A DNA stretch of 64,000 bases from Trichosphaerium sp. ATCC 40318 (lineage: Eukaryota > Protista > Tubulinea). A program made the position numbers and the translations under genes. Below are positions 24,661-37,413 of this stretch, in pieces (position 1 is the first letter of the stretch; the number at the start of each line of letters is the position of its first letter). Location: NCBI GenBank assembly GCA_038496445.1, contig JALMLS010000489.1, positions 121,875 to 185,874 on the forward strand, given 5' to 3'. The notes under the pieces were generated by a model. It was given only the letters and a program-made list of their open reading frames with translations. It had not been told where the DNA came from and made no database searches.

Positions 24661-24889
24661 CACGACGCGCAAGTTACTGTAAACAAACACTTGCGTACAC
24701 TAGTAGCTACTTTTCGTCAATACAATTAAACACGTGATTAAAAGTTAAAACGTCGACACCCAACGGCTAAATAAACATACCAGGTCCGATTAGGTTGTTT
24801 TACGACGCACTCAATGGCAACCAACGTACACCATTATATCCCTAACCTTACCTGAAAGACTTTAGATTAAGACCTCAGGTTCTAACTAT

Positions 24890-25663
24890 TACTACCTACT
24901 GAACCTCCCTATGGAGTTACAGCTAGATATTGTCGATTCTGATCTCTCAGTGTATGTAGTGTAGGCTATGTTATCGAAATACACGGCAATCGCTAAGATT
25001 TGATATGGATTTGAAGAAACACGGGAAATGGCTGAAGCCTGGAATTATTGAGCGAACATCCAAACAAACAACAGTATTTCAAAGTCAGTGATAAGCCTAG
25101 AACACTATGTACATGGTCACCGTCATGGTGAAGCTAAATATTTGCATAAAAACGGTCTATTGTGGGAGCATTATAATTACGTAAATGGAAAACTTTAAGG
25201 AGAATATAAGAAGTGGTACAAAAAAGGTAAACAGTGGGAACAGCGTAGTTATGAAACGATAAGCTAACTAGAGAGTACAAAGTGGTATAACGGTCAACTC
25301 TGGGAGCACTACTGTTATGTGAATGGTAAGTTACAAGGTCAGTTTTGTAAGTGAGATAAAAACGGTCAGTTGAGAGAACAGAGTCATTTTATTAAAGGTA
25401 AGCTTGACGGAGAATATAAGTATTGGCATATGAATAGTCAACTGGTAAAAAGGTATAATTATCAAAGGGGTAAACTAGAAGGACAGTGTAATAAATGGTA
25501 CAAGAATGGTCAATTGTGGGAGCAATATCATTATGTAAATGATAAACTAGACGGGGAATACAAAAAATGGTTTAAAAATGGTACATTACGCGAGCTTTGT
25601 AGCTACAGAAATGTCAAACCTGGACCTAAAATTGTTGAATTGATACAAGAAATGCCGTCCTAG
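24890..25663 (+). pseudogene. Decayed F-box-like/MORN-variant gene, homolog of 14217-14792
   Basis: LLNLPMELQLDIVDSD...V*AML...MDLKKHGKWLK aligns to LLSLPPEIHYMIAEMD...QWPVL...SELEKHGKFMK. Multiple stops and frameshifts in the MORN repeats. Confidence 0.8.
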
Positions 25664-25938
25664 TGACTTGCAAGGATTAATAAAAACACATTTTTGTCGT
25701 AGCAACTTGCAGTACAGACTTAAAACAAGAAATACACAAAAATATTATTAGAAAAAGATGAGTCACCAAACAAAATTCTATTGCTGAGTCACTCACTTTA
25801 TTTTTAGCAAAAAATCGTTGGGTGTATGCACTTGCATTATTAGAGATCAATGAACAAATAAGAAACTTACCATGTTTATTAATAACAAGTTAAAAAAATT
25901 ATCATTCTCGCTTTGATAAATGAACGTAAATAAAAACT

Positions 25939-27487
25939 TTAGAACAGTTTATGCTTTCCAGCAACAACTTGATGCTCTTCAATCCAAGTTCCAAAAAGAT
26001 AATCGTATGTCAAAGCAGCATGTGAAATAGCAAAGTTGTTTGTGGGATCCTAGGTAAACAATGAGCAAGCATTTCAAAAATAATAAAAAGAGATTCCAGA
26101 AGAAAAATAGCTGTACCTTGAAGTGATGAATCATATGGTGTCTCTTCAAATATTTGAAGAATTTAATAGGTACACCATGATGCATATAGTAGTGACTCAA
26201 ATCATAGATAACGTAGGATAGAACAGTACCAGCCAAAAGTGCAATACCGTAATTATAAGGCATAGTCTAATTTTAACAATTGTTAGTACAACGTATCTAC
26301 AAATTGCACTACTGGATAACAGGAGGTCGTAAAATATTGTTCAATAATTATTCGTTTTGACGCACGAATTTGAGGAAGATATAGTAAAGAATGTACGCCA
26401 AAAGTGCGGCAATATGAGGTGGGAAAACAAGGCGCATTGGATTCATTGGATTAATATGATGTTGACCTAAAATTTGAATAAGGCAGAATTCGAAAATACC
26501 AACTAGTGAGCGATATATATTACGAAAGACAATAGTTGGTAAAATTTGTTGAGCAAACTAAGAAAACCGCGTGTACCATGAACCATAAAGTGTAAACATA
26601 TACCAATCATGCTTGTAAAATGACCATGGAATAGCCAACGATGAATAGCGTACTCAAGTAATCCCCAAGTGAACCAACCTTGATACAATGTCAAAAAAAA
26701 CAAAAGAACAAAAAAAAAACATCTCGGGTAAATGCTCCCGGTACCAAAATAAGCGATTACGTACCTAGAACGATACTAATAGGAATAGTAACAACAGGGT
26801 TTGGTAGACCAGCTGTTATAGCCATGTTGTAGAGATATAAGATAGACGGAATCCAAAATAGAGGTAATAACCTGGGGTCATTTTACATAAGTACTCAACT
26901 TGCCCCAATAAAATAAATGAGGTATAAAACACGCTTTTAGGCGTTCATACGTACCACCAAGAGCTTTTTGTATTTATTTCCATCCACCAGTAATCAAAGA
27001 ACTTAATTTCTAGTTGCTTTACAAGCCCTATCTTACTGAGAGATTCCTGATGGTAGTTAGTATTGCCTGTTAGGAGTAAAATTTTTACTTCGTATTTTTC
27101 TCCTTTTTGCATCATTTGCCACACCATGCCTTTGTTAATATCAACGCCATGGTCCTTAGTGATGTTAGAAGTGCGGTACACCGCCTAGAGACGTACGCGT
27201 CTCTTTAGAGTTATTTTCGATGCGTCTACGCTTGGGTCATCTACTGCGCCAATTCTCAACTCGTTCAATAGATTTATAGCGCTTTGGCTGTGAGCGTGAA
27301 TTTTTGGGTTGTGAAAAACGCTTGTAGCGTCACCACCGAATCGCTTGACGAGTAACTGAGCGCCACCAGGGTGCATTCTGCAAAATTGAGTAACGTCGTA
27401 AACTGCGCCATCAATTACAATCCACGAGCTCTCTTCTGTAGTGTGCTTCTTTATTTCGTCCCATGTGTAGAGTGGTACTTTTGCCAT
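25939..27487 (-). CDS. FA2H: Sphingolipid fatty acid 2-hydroxylase (cytochrome b5 + hydroxylase; Scs7/FA2H)
   Basis: HPGG cytochrome b5 motif. His boxes EYAIHRWLFH, HFMVHG.HH, YDLSHYYMHH and KRHHMIHHF. Confidence 0.93.
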
Positions 27488-27855
27488 TGTTGGTGACTGG
27501 ACAACTGAGGAAAATAAGTGAAAAAACGAAAAAGGCCTGCTTAAAATTTTGCGCAAAATTATACAGTGAATTGGAGCTTTTCTTAGTCGTTGCTCACTTT
27601 TCACTAGCTAGACAACTAGCAAGAACGCCACGTATGTTTGCGCAACAGACCTGCGCACGTGAAGGAAAGTTCTCGGGAACAAAACTGTTGTACGAACCAA
27701 GTATGTATCACGTGTACTTATTCCTACATTCTTCCTTTGTAGTTCGTCTTTACGTCACGAGAAAAATGAGAGTGAATAATGTGATTGATTGAGACGACAT
27801 TTGACTTATGCCGAAGCTAAGTTCTTTAGTTCACTATTCCCTTGAAACACCAACA

Positions 27856-28643
27856 ATGAATCTCGTTGTACTTGCTCTTGCTGTCCTGGTTGCCCTTGCT
27901 GCCGCTCGGTACGTACTAACTTCAAACAGACTATCTCTAACTGTGGTGTAGCCCTGTCCAATTTGTTCTCGACTACCGCGGCACTTGCGACGCTGGTTCT
28001 TGTGATGCCTCTGCCACATCCGAAGAGGTAACCAACGCCAAAAAATTTGATAAAATAATACAGAATTTTTGAAAACGTTTTTAACTCTTCTCTAGATTGG
28101 TTCAGTCATCCACACCACCGAAAGCCAAGTTGAATTCAACGTCATCCGCCTCCCAGGTGCTATCAGCCAGTTCTCTCAAAAAACTCTCGGAAACGGTACC
28201 AAAGCTGCCACCATCACTTTCGGCGTACACCAAAACCAAGACTACGGTTTGGCCCTCCAACTCGCCTATGTAAGTATTTTTTTTGTCTTAAACGTTTTCA
28301 AGCGCACGTGATTATGTCCAATTGTGCCGTTAGGACAAATGGAGGTCACCAGAAAAAGCTTTTGATCTTTCTAAAACGACGTCTTTCTAATTTTTTTTTT
28401 CTAGTCTTCTCCTTTGCCTACTGGCGCTGGACTCACTGGAAACGTTTACACCGTTACCCAAGGTGTTGGTAAATGGAAGAGCGCCAAGGTACGTATCCTC
28501 AACGGCCGCTAGCAATTTTTTTTTGGTTTTGCGTTTGGTTTATTTCTTACGCTGTAAAGGGATTGGTAACTGTTCTCGATGAGTACCTCAATGCCAAAGA
28601 GTACCACGCTATTGTCACCGCTGCTTTGGAAGTGACCGAATAA
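27856..28643 (+). CDS. Small secreted protein with a dirigent/allene-oxide-cyclase-like motif
   Basis: Signal peptide MNLVVLALAVLVALAAA, five exons, VTQGVGKWKSAKGLVT motif, strongly C-ending codons. Confidence 0.55.
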
Positions 28644-28859
28644 AGAAAATACGCTTTTCTAGTTTACAAAAAAATGACTTGGTTTTGTGGGTATTTTTTC
28701 GCTTTATAATCGTTTGTTTTGCGTTTTCAGCATGTAAAGTACCGTTGTAGTGAGTTTGTAAAGATTAAGGCTTGTTTTCGACACTGCAGTTATTATTCAT
28801 TTAGTTTACAAGGTTTGTGGGTTATCACGTAGTTGGACATCTACTTTCTAAAGGGTTTT

Positions 28860-29132
28860 GTGAGAAAATGATTTCGTATGTTTTTAGCTTCAAAATACGC
28901 ACTTCTTGCAACACACTGCAGAGAAGAAGATAAGTGCAGACGTTACTATCCAAAGCAAGTACCAAAGTACTAAAAGGATTGTACTACCATTTATGTAATC
29001 GCGTGCTTGTGAATCGGGTTCTTTAGGTGCAAATACAATTGCTAAGGACAAACCCAGTGCGCCCAACACAAAGCACACTACAGATACGATAGACGCTGCG
29101 CCAATAGAGTTGCCATTTGTACCGATAGTCAT
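28860..29132 (-). CDS. Small two-TM membrane protein (weak resemblance to V-ATPase subunit e)
   Basis: Two hydrophobic segments flanking APKEPDSQAR. 3' end uncertain. Confidence 0.35.
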
Positions 29133-29423
29133 GCTATTAACGATAGTTACTGTTCACAAAGGTAGTCACCAGAATTCTTTTTGCGTGGTTTATTCAGAAC
29201 CAATGCACTAACAAGCGTGTTTATAAACTAAGAGGATACCACAATGATGCATACTTTTTCAAACACGTGAGATTCCATGAGCATGTTTAAATGAAAGACA
29301 CTGTAGCCCACAGATGAGAGTTATCACATCCATCTGAAGCGTGATCAACGTTTATATTGCTTGTTGACTGAGCTTGATCATACTACATTTAAGTAGCATA
29401 AGAATAACAAAAAGTGCTATGTA

Positions 29424-31849
29424 ATGGAGCCTTCAAGCGCTGTCAATGACCAGACGCCTGGCGAAGGCGATTTACAACAACAACTGTTGGCTGTTACCAA
29501 ACTCATCAAATCAGGGTTTAACGCACTGAAAAATAGCTTGTATACGTCTGTCAGCGAGAAAAGAGTCCATGTATGCACGATTTCCTCAATTGAGCGTCAA
29601 ATTATTCACACAAGCTTTTAGGGCGACTACATGACAAAAACGCGTCAAGTGGTTGGCGAAACGAGTAGATTATTACAAGTTCTAAACAAGGGCTTGCTTG
29701 GCAAACCCGCCACCCAGATAACGAAGTACCAAGTAGTTATCGCTGCATACAAGGACTTACGGTAAATGTTTTTTGTTTCAAATTACCGTTCTCTAAAATC
29801 TATCGCTAGTAACCAAATTCCGGGCTTCGTACGCTTAACGAGAGATATAATGGCACAGTTACCAGAACCGCAACAGAAGCTTCTAAAAGACATCACCATT
29901 TTCACAGGTGTCATAAACAGCAAGCTGGCTGCGCTAGAACAGTCTATAACATCTATGGATACAGCAATTCCAGAAGAGTCAACTTGGTGTGTTCGCACAA
30001 CTAAAAGTGCTTCGTCTCCACCTCCTCTGAATGCCCATAACCGTATACCAACGAGCAGTACGTACAGTTACACATAAATTCACCACGTGCCGCTTTATTA
30101 TAGCGTCATTGTTAAATTTCTGTTAGGGACTTCATCTCTTGCTAATGTTTCCGCACTTGATTTGTTGCAGAGGATGCCTGAGGCACTCGATCATTTGGTA
30201 GATGTTGTTCAAAATGATATTACACATTTCAGTGCAGCCAGTCAACGTGTTAGTGAGTTTCTTACAACTGTACAGGCTCAGTTGCGAAAGGTATGGACAA
30301 ATCAATTTTTTTTTTTATACAGAATTTCTTTACCTATTCGTTCACTACCTCCTAGAACGGTATCAATCTATCCAAGACTGAAGCGCGTTTCATGCGTTGT
30401 ATATTACAATTAATCAAAGGAACTAAAGCAATACATGATGCAAGAGTTACTATGCCCAAAGGTAAAGAAGGAACCGAACCGGCGCCATCAATACAAGGTT
30501 AGACAAAAAAAACTTCAACTTTTGTGCCAACTGCCTTTGTTTTTCTAGAGGTTTTGATAGTATGTGCAACTTGCAAAGAAGCTTGTTGGTGGTTTAAAGA
30601 TTCTATTGAGGCTGTAGACAATCGACGGAGTATGTTATCGTACACAAGAAAGCTTGTTAGGAACGTGGTGGCCAGTCAAGATAAAGCGAAGTCTGGAACT
30701 CAAACGGTTGCTGTTGTTAGTGAACCTCAAATGATTTCCAAGCCTAAGATTATTAACAAGCCTAAAAAGAAGCATAGTATGCAGTATACAAATCACATTG
30801 TTTATTATACCGCCCTTGCTGGTATTTCTGGACCTCAAACAACTTTCAAAACAACAGACTACTCGGAGTATAACAAACCTGATAATCTACGTTGTGTTAT
30901 AAAGGCTCAGGGTATTGTAAGAAGATGGGTTGTTCGGCGATGTTTTTGTAGAATAGGTGCGTAGAAGGAACAAAAACTTTCATTTGCGAAAATTTTAGCT
31001 GGAATTTTTTCTCGCTTTTTTGTCCCTAATGTCAACGCTGGTAGCCTGATTTTTTTTTATTAGTTTGCGCTACAGGTGTTGGTGATGCATCAAGTAGGAT
31101 TATACTAAGGAAAAAACTACTAAGAACGCTGTATAATGCCGAATGTGCACACTTTCAACAAATTTCAAAGATAATAACTGTACGTGTAGTCACTACTTGT
31201 TTTATACTTACGTGGTAAATTATAGATATATCAACCTGGTTTCTATCGTTGGTCTAAACAATATGCTAGCTCAAATTTCAATAGTGTTATGGAATTAATG
31301 ACCATTCTACAAAAACTTAAAAGTCAAATTCAAGACGTATTAGTCGTTTATCAAAAGAGGCTGATGCTGTGGCCTCTTTTTGTCGGATTACAACCAATTT
31401 TTAACGCTTCTCTTGATTTACTTAGAACGTACTACAAATACGTAAAGAAACTACCAGAAGCTCTAAGGACAATCCAAAAAGAGGCCCAAGATAACAATTT
31501 TTCAAAAGTCATAAAATCTTTAGTACGTAATCAGTTCACTCTCAAACTACAGTACATTGCTAATAATGTCTTTAGCAAGGAAAAGAAAAGCCTAAGATAC
31601 CTATGACAGGATATTTGCAACAACCAGTGCTTCAAACAGTGAAACGAGCGACCTTGTTGAAGGCAAGTGCAACCGCTTACTTCTGCTTTTTTTTTTGGTT
31701 TTTTTGGTTTGATACTTATCTTCTATTAGTCTCTTTGTAGTGTTATACATAATCAGAGAGAAGTAGATGCAATAATACAGTTTGAAAAGGAATTAGCTAA
31801 AATAATTAAATTAATTGTAGCAGAAGGAAAGTCAACTACTTCGAAATAA
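29424..31849 (+). CDS. Helical-bundle protein with IQ motif and degenerate RhoGEF (DH)-like C-terminus
   Basis: VIKAQGIVRRWVVRR (IQ). YYKYVKKLPEALRTI...YLQQPVLQ resembles DH helices. Confidence 0.55.
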
Positions 31850-32066
31850 AATAAAAACAATGTAAATAAACAAACCAAAAAAAAAAAAAAAAACCATGTA
31901 AGCCATTTGCTTTAAAACAATTGATTGAAAATTTACATGTATATACAAGGTGCCACAGACATAATACGTTAGCCTAAAAAGGGTTTGTATACAGAAACCC
32001 CAAGACGCTGTAGTTTGCCAGGAGCTGAAAAAGACAAGTGATTTGCCCACAAGTCAACTTATATTG

Positions 32067-35000
32067 CTATCTTTGTCGTGCTCTTACTTCTGAGCATAGT
32101 ATCTTCAGGCTCTCTGAAAGCAAATCTGACCCTAAATACAAAGTTAACAAGGTAATAAAAGTGTGTACCCTTTAAAAAAGATTGTACCTTGTTTGTACAT
32201 CTGTAGTGTTACCAGCAGTTCTTGATCTACGCAAGTTTCCTCCTTTTTTCTTATCTTTTCTAATTTTATTCTTTGCAAAACTCTTTCCTCTAACAGCCCT
32301 TGGACTCTAAAAAGCAGCAGCATAAGGCACTTGAAGCTTATAGTTTTTGTAGACAATTCTACTTTGAGAAGTCCAAACAAAGAATATACCTTTCTGAGGT
32401 TGTTTAAGTTGATTTCATGTAATTCATTCAAAAATGCTTTTCTCTTTGTTTGTCTTGATGCACTAAACTTATTCATATTGTAAACAGAGCGTACACTATT
32501 AGTCACTAAAGAAACATAGACTAGGTCAAAAAAAAGACATTTCAAAAAAGAAAAGAAGGCAATAAATACGACATACATTTCAATAGTAGCAATTTTCTAA
32601 ATTCTGAAGTTTTTTCAAAAAATGATTCACCAGGCATCGCTGGCTCCATAATCTCAAGGCTCTAATAGATTGTTTAATATTTTGAGAAAAAAAAGTTAAC
32701 AAATACGATCTTACCTCTTTGTATGCACATGTGATTTTGTATAATGTTCTATTCTCAGTGAAGGTTTTTCTTTGTGGCATTTTCTCAACAAAAATAAAGA
32801 CATCTATATTGACAAAAAATGAGTTGTGTTGTTGAATCAGTAATGCTACGAAAGTACACTTACGATTTGTTGATGTTGTGATTATATCTGGACAAAACGT
32901 CTTTGCGCCATCTAGAAATACAACAATAACCATGTCACTACCAAGAATACTCTTTTTTGTCATCTAGGAACAAAGTTTAGAATTCTCTATTGAGTGCAAG
33001 AGGAAAGAAAAATACTCATCATCATGTGACTTATGTTATAACATAAGATAAAGAAATCAATAAAAAACCCCAAAAGCGTACAACTGATGAACCAATAGTA
33101 TCTTCAGTGTCTTCTGAATCTGTAGGTAGTAATGTGGATACATGGAACATTACTTGATTGGATTCAAACTCAGCAAAATAAGACTCCTGGCCAGTACTGC
33201 CTCCTAAAACAGAAAAAATTAAAACACGCTGTATTAAAATAAAAGGTACACTACTACGATTGAATGCAGTTGTGCTCCGAATGACATGTAGTTTTTCAAT
33301 TAAATCATGTAGAACATACTTTCAGTATCAAGGCCTCCGGCATACTTCCTAAAGCCTTGCAGATTGACTTTACGTCCAAGGAAATCCATAAATTCCCAAA
33401 AATCTGCAGAAGCTTTATCATTTTTAAGAATATCTTCTTCTGTATGGTTATCTTTGTTGACATAAATAATACCAATCTTAAACTCTTTTCTAACCTAACC
33501 AAAAAACAATGAGAAAAAATCATTACACAAGGGTATGACATGTCATGTGACAAGAAAGAAATTTGATAAAAAACAATGACGTACAAAGTTATGTTCGAAA
33601 TCAAGTAAGTCCTCTTCAAAGTCATCAGCAACAGCCATAGAACCACGTCTTAGTTTTATATCCTTTAAAAATGCTAACTTAGGCATTTGTTGATATTTTT
33701 TTTGTTTGATTGTTTCAAAAGCTTTTTCAAGCTTGCTTGGCTTTGCGAGTATGTATTTCTCGTGAGAACCCTTTAATACGAGTTTACATGGTATAAACAA
33801 GCGATAATCGGCTTCACATGTTCTGATAAGCATTCTAAACTTAGCGGTTTTGATTGTGTCTTTTTCTGTCCCTATTGATATTACAACTGGTCCTAGGGAC
33901 GGGTGCTCAATTGTGTAGTTTATGTGAGCTATTGTAAACCGTTAGAGAAGCAGAACGTGTATATTACCTCCCTCCTTGCTTCTACAAGTCTGCAAGGTGA
34001 GAGGTAGTATGGCCCGAAAAGGGATAAATAAAAATAAAAAACACCCAAATAAATGCGTAAAATGCTTCTAAAACATACCTCTGTCGACCAGATAGGCGTT
34101 GTAATCGCCAAAGCATAGTCCTATATGACTTTTAGTTTATTATCGTATTTTAATTCGTTTTGGTGTTTTCTTGAGTTACTGTGTAGTTTTCTGACACTAA
34201 AGGTGGTTCTGTATTTACGGTACCTTCTATTTGCTGGCTAGGAGCGAACATATCGAAAAAATTTGGTCTTTCTACTTTTTCGACAACAAACTCAGGTGAT
34301 CTTAGGTTAATAAGGTTTTTACTAACAGTTTCCGTCTATACATTAACTAGTTAGTATGAAACAGCCTACAGACCAACAAAAAGAAAAGGAGGGAGTTTTT
34401 TTGTTTTTGCGAGCCTTAAATATCTGTTTCATGCGTTGGTTTGTTACGAAACGAGTACAGTATTGTACTGAAGGCAGCTTGAGTATTTTGAGCAAAATCA
34501 CCACAAATGAATGGAGAAATAAATGATCAACTGAACGTTTCTCCATTCTGTGTTAGACTTGCATAGATTCGATTTTAACTGCAAGAACGCTCAAACAATT
34601 TAAAAGACAAAAAAAGTACATAAACCGCTGGAATAGCGCCCCTACGCTTATGTACATTGTAAAAACCATAACGTTTACAATTATTGTTTTTCTAACTAGC
34701 GTGTACCTTTGGAAGCCATGAATGAAGGTTCTTTTGATGCTGTAGCTTTCTACGTGCACATTTTGTGGTCTTTTTTATTGCTAGTTTTTGTTTGGTGGTC
34801 ATGATAGCGTCGAGATGGTGTAATCTCAGTAACAAGACTTTACCGAAAAAGCCCAAAAAAAAAAAGTGTAATAAAAATCCAGATTTGGTTTCAAACAACT
34901 CAGTACGTATGGGATATATCGGTACACAATCAAAGCAAGACTAGAGAGGTAAACCACGGTTCTCAGATTCGGACAGATACGGACATTTAATTGTTTCTGA
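32067..35000 (-). CDS. Rap/Ran-GAP domain protein
   Basis: FWEFMDFLG.KVNLQGFRKYAGGLD, VMFHVSTLLP and KKSILGSDMVIVVF. Both ends approximate. Confidence 0.85.
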
Positions 35001-37413
35001 GACGTTCTCAAGAATTATTTTTTGCAAACGTAACATGTCTTTACATACGTCTTTAATTTTACTGTACAACACTTCACAGATGCGCAGTATTCCAATGCCA
35101 ATGCATGAATACGTCTAAACTATCATGTTGAACGTGGGACGAAATTATCCTCTCGACAAACATTACCCAGGCGACACCTTGATTTTCGACCATGTGATAA
35201 ACACAGTGCAGGCAAGTATTAAAAGAGATGATGGTAAATGCTATTCTATTTCACCGTGAAACCGTCGACACCTTGGTTGCACATATAAATTACTGCGTAC
35301 ATATTACAATTCGTGCCAGCAATAGAAAGTACAGAAAATCTAGATAAGGATTTTGTTGATGCAATAAGTTTCTCGTATTTTATTGTTACGTGGTGTAGGC
35401 ACTATCGCGAGCCTTTGAGTTACATTCAGTTGCAGAAGAATAATAGTAGAAGTGGTAGTTCGAGTTCTCAAACCCGCTCTAGTAGTCGATTCCGTAATAC
35501 GTGTGAAGTTCCTATCGCGTAGTAGTTATTAGCATGGCAAGTACTACATTGAATACTTGTTCGAATTTCAGGTGCTTTCGTGAAGTGGGGACGATTTTTG
35601 TAAGCAGTTCACACTTTCAAAAAAAGTCTAGCACACCTCAAAAACGTTATTTTTGCCCAAATTTTGGGTATGCTTCAGAGCACATTTGTGTCTACAATTT
35701 TGCTGAACCAGAACTTGCTGGTAATTAATAGTGTACTTCAATAAACTATTTCATTGAATCTAAAAACGAGTTTTTTCTGCTTGGGATCATATTTTTCTCC
35801 TCTAACACCACCATGTTTTGCAGGTAATTCTTTTACAACATAGTGATTAAGGATTACATTCTGTCGTTTGTTGCATTTTTTATCACTTTCAGTGTTCTAC
35901 ATAAAGCTATCATCACCCGTCTCTATACTTGATTGTTGTAAATTGGTCATTCTTTTGAACAATCATTCTAACCCACAGATACCTTTTTCAAATCTTTCCT
36001 TTTGGCGGCAGGTGCTCAATAAACCATTGTGTACCTATGCACAGTTATAGAGTATTTAATAATTTAGGTATCAAAACACAGAGGTTACTTTTTCATAGAA
36101 GTTGATGAACATAATATTTAAATGAAAATGTCAAAATACTCACTCTTGCTTGGTACTTTATTGAATCAGAGGTCCACAAAGCTTGCTGTAGTTATGTTTT
36201 ACCACTACAGAAGTTTTAGAGACAGAACTTACTTTTTATATGGAGATACTTCAGTACTTGCCAAAAACAGTTTTTTTGAAACTATGCTGCTACAATTGTT
36301 TAACTATTGCTGAAAGTTATGCTGTATCATATGCAGTGTGTGGACTGTACTTTCAAAGAGTAAGGGACCTTCAATTACTCATGGTATTTCATAAAATGTA
36401 AAATTGCTTATGGTAACGGAGGACAGAATATTGGAATTTACAGATTACGCAAGGCTGTACAGACTTGAAACCCTTCTTAACATATGTCAAATAGTTGTTA
36501 AATGTATGTACACCGTTTAAAAGCTTGTACACGCTTGCCCTACATCGGTATTGGGGAACTCGATTTGACTAGAATATTAACACAGCAAACCAACGTTTTA
36601 AGCATTTCGTGAGCGATAAACGTCGTTTAAAGGTACATTGTACATACACGTTCATATTGTGGTACCATAAGCTTTATTTTAGCCCATAACGCATAAATTT
36701 ATTTGCAAGAGCCGTTTATGATGATTCCAGGCTCTAATCATCTGCTTTATTCTCAATGAAGCTCGATTGAAGCTTTTTAGCTGTGTATTAAAAAAAAACG
36801 CCAAAAAACATGTAAAAAAGTAAACAATTTATTTCACACTTAGAACATAACAATAGAGCCATTCATTCTAGAGATACATTAACACAAGCTAAAGCTTTGA
36901 TATAAGAGGAGTGAACCGCTTACAAAAATAGTCCCTGCACTATATTGAATGTTTGCAAAGAAAACAATAAATGCCACTCTGCAAGAAACAATTCTCCCAA
37001 ACGAATGTCTGGAGCGACTAGTTTAGTATTGTCGCTTAGATATGCAATCTTTTAGGTCTTTCTTAACTGGTTATATGCGTTTGACGTACGTGAGCATATG
37101 TACATTTTTATCACGTTAGCACGTGATTTTTAGGAAAAGCTACTTTCGAAGCTGGTACTCTACGCCTTTAGTCTCTGAAGAAGCATACAAAGAAACTGCA
37201 ACGTAGAAATTTACTACATTTATTTATTATCTGAATAAGTCTCTATTCTTCTCGGAGTGAAAATGTTGTAGCTTTGCTTCTTAGAGTATCAATACGATGA
37301 TATTATCACTACGATTTTACTAAAATTAAGTAATAATGTGATTTTTTTCAGCGGGGTGGAACGAGATATTTATAAATCACAATGTAGTCCATTATTGTTA
37401 GTGTATACGAGAT

